64,000 bases of DNA, from contig DAHVLZ010000009.1 of the NCBI GenBank assembly GCA_027320085.1, positions 256,001 through 320,000 on the forward strand, read 5' to 3'. This stretch comes from Pseudomonadota bacterium. Its GTDB lineage: Bacteria; Pseudomonadota; Gammaproteobacteria; JAKAQQ01. A program made the position numbers and the translations under genes. Shown here piece by piece: positions 57,931-64,000 of the stretch; the stretch's first letter is position 1, and each line of letters begins with the position of its first letter. The notes below the pieces were generated by a model. The model made no database searches and had not been told where the DNA came from. It saw only the letters and a program-made list of their open reading frames with translations.

Positions 57931-60873
57931 ATGCCGTCCCCACCCCCCACCCGGTCACAGCGGCTCTCCTACGCATTCCTCGGTCTTTTTTCCTTGGGGA
58001 CCCTGGTTCCGGTCGCGGCTGCTGCCCAGACTCGGACGTCCCACCACGCTCGAACAGGATTGGCCAGTTCATCCGCTGCCTCCTCCCGTGCAACCCATCT
58101 CACCCGAATCCGGGTGACCGGCTCAAGTCTGGTCACCACCTCCGGGAGGACTCCGACTCCCATTTATGTCATCCGGGGACAAGCGTTGAGCAACGAGGGG
58201 TACGTCACAATCGGCCAAGTGATTTCACGGCTTTCATTCGACGGTTCTGCTGCCAGTTCATCCAGTGCCTTCACGAGCCAGTTCACCAATGGAGGTGAAG
58301 CCAATGTGAGCCTGCACAGTCTGGGCCATAACCGGGTTCTCGTTTTGGTCAATGGCAAGCGCTGGGTGAGTGGTCTCAAAGGCGATGTCGATCTCAACAG
58401 TATTCCGCTGGCCCTTGTTCGTCGAGTTGAGATTTTTGATGCCAATGGCGGGGCCCGCTACGGTTCGGGTGCTATCGCTGGTGTTGTCGATATCATCACC
58501 CGTCGCACCTATCACGGTTCCACCCTTTCCCTGTACGACGGCATCTACCAAGGGAATGGCCACTGGGGAGGGGCCACACAAGGGCTTTCTTTCTCCACAG
58601 GCACTGCCTCAAGAAACAGCGGTGTAATCTTTGGCTTCACCTACTTCAATCAAGCTGGAATACCTGCCGGTGACCGGAATATTTCGAGGGAACCGATCGC
58701 TGGAACTGGTGTCACACGCGGTAGCTTGGCCACCCCACAGGGAACTTTCGAATTTGTGCCCGAAAGTGGTCCACTCACAAACTCCACCCTCTGCCCGACG
58801 GCAAAAGGCCAACCGCTCTGTGATCTGACCCGCATTCCGGGTACCAACGGCTTGAGTCTCACCAACTTCACGCCCTTTACCCAGCTCGATCTCTTCAACC
58901 CGGCACCCTTCAACCAGCTACTTGAGCCGCAGGAACGCACGAGTTTCTACGTCCACGGCTTTCATCACATCAACTCGCGACTCGATTGGACCTTTTCGGC
59001 GTTCTACAACCGGCGCAATTCTTCCCAGCAAACAGCTCCTCCTCTGCTCATCCTGGGGAAAAATGGGTTGGACATTAACATTGCCGCCAATCAGGCCTAC
59101 AATCCATTCGGCACCGCCCTGGACTCGAGCGGTCCCAACGCCAACCTGATTTCCCTAGGCAGAGCCATGGTGGAAGATGGCCCATTGCTCCTCACGGAAC
59201 AGGTCAACATGTTGCGCCTGTCCACAGGGGTCAAGGGGATTTTTGGTCCCCGATCAGCGCCCTGGCTCTGGAATGCCTATGTCACCTACAGCCAGAATGA
59301 CGTCACCGACACCAACCATGGGCGCTTCAATCTCTCCCACCTAGCGTTTGCCCTGTCTGACCCGACCGCTTGTGCCTCACAACCCGGCTGCGTCCCTCTC
59401 AATCTGTTCGGAGGTCCAGGGACCATTACATCTGCCATGTTGAAATACATCGGGTTTACCGAGGTCAACACGATTGCCAATATCCAGCGCATGGTAGGCG
59501 CCAACGTTTCCTCACCAGGTCTTTGGAATGACGGGGCAGGTCGACTACGGGTCGAGGCTGGATACCAGTTCAGGGACCATGCCGGAAACTCGAGCCCGAA
59601 TCCGATTGCCCAAGCTGGCGAGGACAGTGCAAGCCCTGGCATTCCCGTATTGCCGACCGTTGGCAGCTATGCCACCAACTCGGTCTATGCCACTCTGCAC
59701 CTACCACTCCTAAGGAAAGTAACAGGGTTCCGCCGATTCAGTCTCGATATTACCCACCGGTACTCGCACTACAATACATTTGGTCCGATCCAGCTCACCC
59801 AGATCGCCCTCCATGACCGGATCAACCGCTCATTGACCCTCCGTGCGGTATGGGGACAGAGTTTCCGCACCCCGAACCTCCATGAAGCGAGTGCCGCCCT
59901 AGTCGACGAACTCGTACCGGTCTCCGATCCCTGCAGCAATTATTCCACTGCAACGCCCGCGGTGCAGCGATCCTGCGCTGTGGCCGGAGTTCCCACTTCC
60001 TATGTCCAGCCGGAATCGACGGTTGAAGAACTGACAGGAGGGAATCCCAATCTCCAGCCTGAAACGGCCATCAACCGAACCCTCGGGTTCGTCTGGACTC
60101 CCTCTGCCTTTCCGTTGGAAGTCGAAGTTGATTACTACCGCATCACGATCAACCAAGCCATCGGCGCCCCCGGAGCACAGGAAGTCCTGAACAGCTGCTA
60201 CCTGTCAGGCAATCCCCTGGATTGCACCCGAATCAGCCGTGCCTCGGATGGGGTCATCCAATCAATCAACAATACCGATGCCAACTTGGGCGGGATCATG
60301 ACCGACGGAGTCGATGGACTTGCCGAGTACCGGTTCCCTTCGACCACGGTCGGCAGTTTCACGGCCAGTCTGATGATGAGCTGGGTCCACAACTATAAAC
60401 TCACCTCTCCGGCCTATCCTTCCGGGACTGATGTCACAAACCTAGTGGGTGTGGAAAGAGGAGGAACCTCTTTCCCCCTGGGAGTTCCGCGTCTAAAGGC
60501 CACCTATGTCATCGACTGGAATCGGGGTCCTTACGAAGGTAGTGTTGACTTTCGTTACATCAGTCCGTTGTCCCAATCGTGTAGTGACTTTCTGAACGGA
60601 ACACCGGAAAGCCTGACCGCCCTCGGTCTTTGTTCCGAACCGAACTATCAGAACAACGCGTTCTCGCGAACCGTGCTTAGCAGTGAGTTCTACACTGATC
60701 TCCAGTTCGGTTATGACATTGCGGCCTGGCAAACAGAAATCCGTTTAGGAATCCGCAACTTATTTGGGCGCCCCCCCCCGGTCTCAACTAATGCAGTCAT
60801 TGACAGTTACGATCCTTCCATCTACGACATTCCGGGACGTTTCCTATACGTTGATCTTTCCAGCCAGTTTTAG
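57931..60873 (+). CDS. TonB-dependent receptor
   Basis: Signal peptide, IRVTGS, plug (L..LG..R.LVLVNG+R, VDLN.IP...+.RVEI, YGSGAIAGV), GGNP.L.PE, N+F...PP, terminal F. Confidence 0.93.
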   Translation: MPSPPPTRSQRLSYAFLGLFSLGTLVPVAAAAQTRTSHHARTGLASSSAASSRATHLTRIRVTGSSLVTTSGRTPTPIYVIRGQALSNEGYVTIGQVISRLSFDGSAASSSSAFTSQFTNGGEANVSLHSLGHNRVLVLVNGKRWVSGLKGDVDLNSIPLALVRRVEIFDANGGARYGSGAIAGVVDIITRRTYHGSTLSLYDGIYQGNGHWGGATQGLSFSTGTASRNSGVIFGFTYFNQAGIPAGDRNISREPIAGTGVTRGSLATPQGTFEFVPESGPLTNSTLCPTAKGQPLCDLTRIPGTNGLSLTNFTPFTQLDLFNPAPFNQLLEPQERTSFYVHGFHHINSRLDWTFSAFYNRRNSSQQTAPPLLILGKNGLDINIAANQAYNPFGTALDSSGPNANLISLGRAMVEDGPLLLTEQVNMLRLSTGVKGIFGPRSAPWLWNAYVTYSQNDVTDTNHGRFNLSHLAFALSDPTACASQPGCVPLNLFGGPGTITSAMLKYIGFTEVNTIANIQRMVGANVSSPGLWNDGAGRLRVEAGYQFRDHAGNSSPNPIAQAGEDSASPGIPVLPTVGSYATNSVYATLHLPLLRKVTGFRRFSLDITHRYSHYNTFGPIQLTQIALHDRINRSLTLRAVWGQSFRTPNLHEASAALVDELVPVSDPCSNYSTATPAVQRSCAVAGVPTSYVQPESTVEELTGGNPNLQPETAINRTLGFVWTPSAFPLEVEVDYYRITINQAIGAPGAQEVLNSCYLSGNPLDCTRISRASDGVIQSINNTDANLGGIMTDGVDGLAEYRFPSTTVGSFTASLMMSWVHNYKLTSPAYPSGTDVTNLVGVERGGTSFPLGVPRLKATYVIDWNRGPYEGSVDFRYISPLSQSCSDFLNGTPESLTALGLCSEPNYQNNAFSRTVLSSEFYTDLQFGYDIAAWQTEIRLGIRNLFGRPPPVSTNAVIDSYDPSIYDIPGRFLYVDLSSQF

Positions 60874-60951
60874 TGGGAATCGTTGTGAGCAGGACGGTAC
60901 AATCCTCTCTTAGATGATGAGGGGGGGAGTTCTGCCTCAACCCACCAGCCG

Positions 60952-61620
60952 ATGAAGGAACCCTACCCACCCCCCCAAGCGTTATGGCCAACCTCCTTCG
61001 ATCTGCTTATGGAAAGGGTCCGACAGTGCCAACATTGTGCTGGCCAGATTCCCGAACCGCGTCCCGTCGTACGGGCCCATCCACAGGCCCGTCTCCTCAT
61101 CGTCGGGCAGGCCCCAGGACTTCGGGTTCACCAGACGGGAATTCCTTGGAATGATCCCAGCGGTGAGACCCTACGCCACTGGCTACAAATCGAGCGTGCG
61201 TGCTTTTATGACCCGACGAAAGTGGCCATCCTGCCAGTCGGATTTTGCTATCCCGGGAGAGGACCCCATGGAGATTTCCCTCCCCGCCCGGAATGTGCGA
61301 TTCTTTGGCGGGGCTCCCTCCTTAGGCAACTCCCGAACCGCAAACTGACCCTCCTGATCGGCCGCTATGCACACCACCTCTATCAAGCTGAAACCCGGAC
61401 CTTGAGTGTGTCGGAGACCGTTCGCCAAGCGCACTGCTGGCTCCCCCAATTTTTCATGCTTCCGCATCCCTCACCCCGCAACCGGCTCTGGCTCCGCAAG
61501 CATCCCTGGTTCGAAAAAGAAACCCTGCCAAGACTGAGAACCATCCTCGAGTCCATCTGGGAGCCTAGTTCGGAACCCCCACAACCCTTCCCCTCTCTCA
61601 AGCAAGGAGTTCGACTGTGA
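60952..61620 (+). CDS. Uracil-DNA glycosylase family protein
   Basis: C..C, IVGQAPG.RVH.TG+PWND.SG..LR.W, FCYPG, D.PPR.EC, LPHPSPRN. Confidence 0.9.
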   Translation: MKEPYPPPQALWPTSFDLLMERVRQCQHCAGQIPEPRPVVRAHPQARLLIVGQAPGLRVHQTGIPWNDPSGETLRHWLQIERACFYDPTKVAILPVGFCYPGRGPHGDFPPRPECAILWRGSLLRQLPNRKLTLLIGRYAHHLYQAETRTLSVSETVRQAHCWLPQFFMLPHPSPRNRLWLRKHPWFEKETLPRLRTILESIWEPSSEPPQPFPSLKQGVRL

Positions 61621-62423
61621 TTCCGGTTTACCACGTTGATGTTTTTACTTCCGAATTGTTCCGGGGGAACCCGGCAGCGGTCTGCACCCTTACGAGCTGG
61701 TTACCCGATGAACTCCTCCTCGCCATTGCCGTGGAAAACCAGTGCCCCGAGACCGCCTACTGCATCTTGGGTCACAACCCCATACCTTTGCGCTGGTTTT
61801 CCCCACGCACTGAAGTTCCACTCTGCGGACATGCCACCCTAGCAACCGGTTTTGCCCTGCTCACCTTGGACCCAGGTCGTCGTCAAATTGATTTTGAAAC
61901 CGCAAGCGGCCCCCTCTTTGTCGAGCGTGCCGGCACACACTATGCGTTGGACCTCCCTGCAATCAGTCTCGGTGATCCGCTGCCTGAGGAACTCTCTGAA
62001 CGTCTCCTGTCAGGCCTTGGCATCCCGTCCGCAACGGGAACCTGCTTCGGCAACAACCGTCATCTCGTTGCCATTCTTGAACACCAAAGCGACGTCGAGC
62101 AGGCCCGGCCGGATTTTCCAGAACTCATGGCCTTGGATTCGCGGGATATCCTGATCACGGCCCCCGGCATCCAGCACGATTTTGTTTCACGCTACTTCGC
62201 CCCTACGATCGGCATTCCGGAGGATCCAGTTACAGGCTCGGCTCACGGCCTGCTGATCCCTTACTGGTCCAAACGATTGGGCCGTCAAGTGCTGAGTGCA
62301 CGCCAATGTTCGCCACGAGGGGGCGAACTGAGCGGGGAATGGCGGGGTGACCGGGTCCGTCTGGAGGGAGATTGCAGACTTTACCTGCGGGGAGAAATTC
62401 TAATCGACGGTAGCCCTTTCTAG
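61617..62423 (+). CDS. PhzF family isomerase
   Basis: VDVF....F.GNPAAV, ETAY, RWF+P..EV.LCGHATLA, EDPVTGSAH; GTGA overlap. Confidence 0.92.
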   Translation: MIPVYHVDVFTSELFRGNPAAVCTLTSWLPDELLLAIAVENQCPETAYCILGHNPIPLRWFSPRTEVPLCGHATLATGFALLTLDPGRRQIDFETASGPLFVERAGTHYALDLPAISLGDPLPEELSERLLSGLGIPSATGTCFGNNRHLVAILEHQSDVEQARPDFPELMALDSRDILITAPGIQHDFVSRYFAPTIGIPEDPVTGSAHGLLIPYWSKRLGRQVLSARQCSPRGGELSGEWRGDRVRLEGDCRLYLRGEILIDGSPF

Positions 62424-62432
62424 ACCGGAAGA

Positions 62433-63800
62433 TCAGGTTTCGGGACTTTTTATGGGTAGACGCCGATGGGTACGCTTCCAGATCCAATAGACCGGGATAC
62501 CCATCAGGGTGAGCCCCAAGCTCACTAGCACATCGAAGGGTTTCTGCCATAGAGCACCCAGAAGCACCAGAATGGAAGCCAGGAGAAAAGCCCCCGGCAC
62601 CCAGGGATAGCCCCAAACCCGGTAAGGGCGCTCAAGATGAGGACGCTTCTGGCGGAGCCAGAATAATCCGAGGACAGACAACATCAGAAAAGGCCAGATT
62701 CCAAGCACATAGGCGGCAGCCAAGTCAGCAAAGCTCCGAAATGTGACAAAAATGATGGCCAGCACGGCATCCATGAGAATCGCCACATGGGGGGTATGAA
62801 ACCGGGGATGGGCACGCCCAACATTCCGGAAAAACAGACCGTCCTCGGCCATGGCATAGAACACCCGAGGGTCGGACATGATACTTCCGTTCAGTGACCC
62901 CAAAACGGAAACCATGACCAAGAGGGCAACGGCAACGGTGGCGAATGATCCGCCGAACGATGCCAGTGATGCAACAGCCACGGAAGGATGAGCCGCCACA
63001 CCGGACAGAGACAGAATATGGAGATAACCCCCATTGATGCCGAGGTAGAGTACGAGCACGAGGAGGGTTCCGACAATCAGGGAGAGCGGCAGGTTCCGTT
63101 CCGGCTCACGCACTTCACCTGACAGCGCGGTCAGGTTTTCCCAGCCGTCATAGGCCCAGAGGACTGCAAGAAGCGCCAACATCAATCCACCGAAAACACC
63201 AGGACTTGAAGGGGCGGTCGGAACAGGCGGTAACCGCGGCGCGGTGGATACGGCCGGGTGTACCCAGAACCAGAGCAGGAATCCAAGGCCGAGCAGGGTG
63301 ACCAGCTTGATCGAGCCAAACACATTCTGCACCCGTGCCCCCATTCCGACCGAACGGATCTGGATCAGGGCTACACCGGCAATCAGCAGAGCAGACGCCA
63401 AGTGGCGCGCAGTACTGCCCATTGGCAAAAATGTCGCCAGATACTCTGAAAAGATGAGCGACTGAGCCGCCCAGGAGATCGGATCGGTCAGCAGCCACAT
63501 CCAACCGAAGAGGAAGGCAGGTACCCGGCCGAAGGCTTCCCGAATATAAACGTAAAGGCCTCCAGCATGAGGATAGAGAGCCGCCAATTCCGCGATCGAC
63601 AATGCCCCGCAAAGAGCAATGATGCCTCCCGCAATCCAGACCCCATAGAACAGAAGTGGCGAATCGACATCCAGGGCAACTATCGATGGGACACGGTAGA
63701 GCCCTGTTCCAATCACGATACCCAAAACGACCATGATCCCGGTGAAGGGGCCCAAACGCCTCACTAGGCCGGTTTTTTCAGCTGCCACTTCTCCGTTCAT
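62433..63800 (-). CDS. APC family amino acid permease (LAT/APA-like)
   Basis: GIVIGTG, AELA..YP.AGG.YVY+..AFG, LWAYDGW, E+..P.RN+P, R..YAMA.DG, RPYRV.GYP. Confidence 0.92.
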   Translation of the reverse strand: MNGEVAAEKTGLVRRLGPFTGIMVVLGIVIGTGLYRVPSIVALDVDSPLLFYGVWIAGGIIALCGALSIAELAALYPHAGGLYVYIREAFGRVPAFLFGWMWLLTDPISWAAQSLIFSEYLATFLPMGSTARHLASALLIAGVALIQIRSVGMGARVQNVFGSIKLVTLLGLGFLLWFWVHPAVSTAPRLPPVPTAPSSPGVFGGLMLALLAVLWAYDGWENLTALSGEVREPERNLPLSLIVGTLLVLVLYLGINGGYLHILSLSGVAAHPSVAVASLASFGGSFATVAVALLVMVSVLGSLNGSIMSDPRVFYAMAEDGLFFRNVGRAHPRFHTPHVAILMDAVLAIIFVTFRSFADLAAAYVLGIWPFLMLSVLGLFWLRQKRPHLERPYRVWGYPWVPGAFLLASILVLLGALWQKPFDVLVSLGLTLMGIPVYWIWKRTHRRLPIKSPET

Positions 63801-64000
63801 GATCGGGGATCCTTCCAGTGGTGCTGGGTCTTGGTACTACGCTTCGGTTGGAGCAGGCTGGGTCTTGCGCTTGAGTTTTCAAGATCTCCCTTCCGGATCG
63901 ACTGATGCTGGATCCCACCTCGCGCGTGGGTCACCCACTCAAAGTCGACGCCGGTCCGTTCTGAAAAGCGGGCACTAATCTCGAGTCCCAACTCTTCGCC
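63797..64000 (-). CDS. 3' end of a CDS entering from beyond the window (unknown product)
   Basis: Frame open from the window end (GEELGLEISARF...); its TGA overlaps the permease ATG. Confidence 0.5.
   Translation of the reverse strand, partial: GEELGLEISARFSERTGVDFEWVTHARGGIQHQSIRKGDLENSSARPSLLQPKRSTKTQHHWKDPRS

Noticed and set aside
1-64000. CRISPR arrays, IS elements, integrases, prophage, rRNA or tRNA
   Set aside because: No regularly spaced repeats, transposase/integrase/phage ORFs or RNA gene signatures seen by eye; an Infernal or tRNAscan run would be decisive.

Overview
Gene-dense chromosomal window of a Gram-negative proteobacterium. Gene content resembles Gammaproteobacteria of the Xanthomonadales/Steroidobacterales type; GC looks by eye to be in the mid-to-high 50s %. 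About 58 CDSs are supported: rsmB-DUF4390-ntrY-ntrX, folE, mntH-usp, a YtrA-type GntR/ABC operon, a K+ cluster (Kef-type antiporter, kup, Kv-beta-like aldo-keto reductase), a periplasmic cluster (diheme cytochrome c, thioredoxin-like protein, His-rich protein), rocD, mdh, fadE, exeA/gspB, tatABC-dtd, HU, yggT-proC, three PilT/PilU ATPases, recG, ubiC, several peptidase-family and APC permease genes, a PhoB-box locus (beta-propeller phosphoesterase and OprD-like porin), azoR-lysR and a TonB receptor. I found no rRNA, tRNA, CRISPR array, integrase or transposase. The most notable observations are: (i) an exported thioredoxin-like protein that appears circularly permuted and has a DxxC site, next to a diheme cytochrome and a His-rich protein; (ii) full-length exported peptidase homologues lacking catalytic residues (M14 without Zn ligands, S9 with Ser->Gly); (iii) a canonical Pho-box promoter; (iv) a C9-TT-G10 tract at the proC/pilT junction where yggS is missing; (v) a Kv-beta homologue directly behind kup. 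All family calls come from motif recognition by eye, not database searches.
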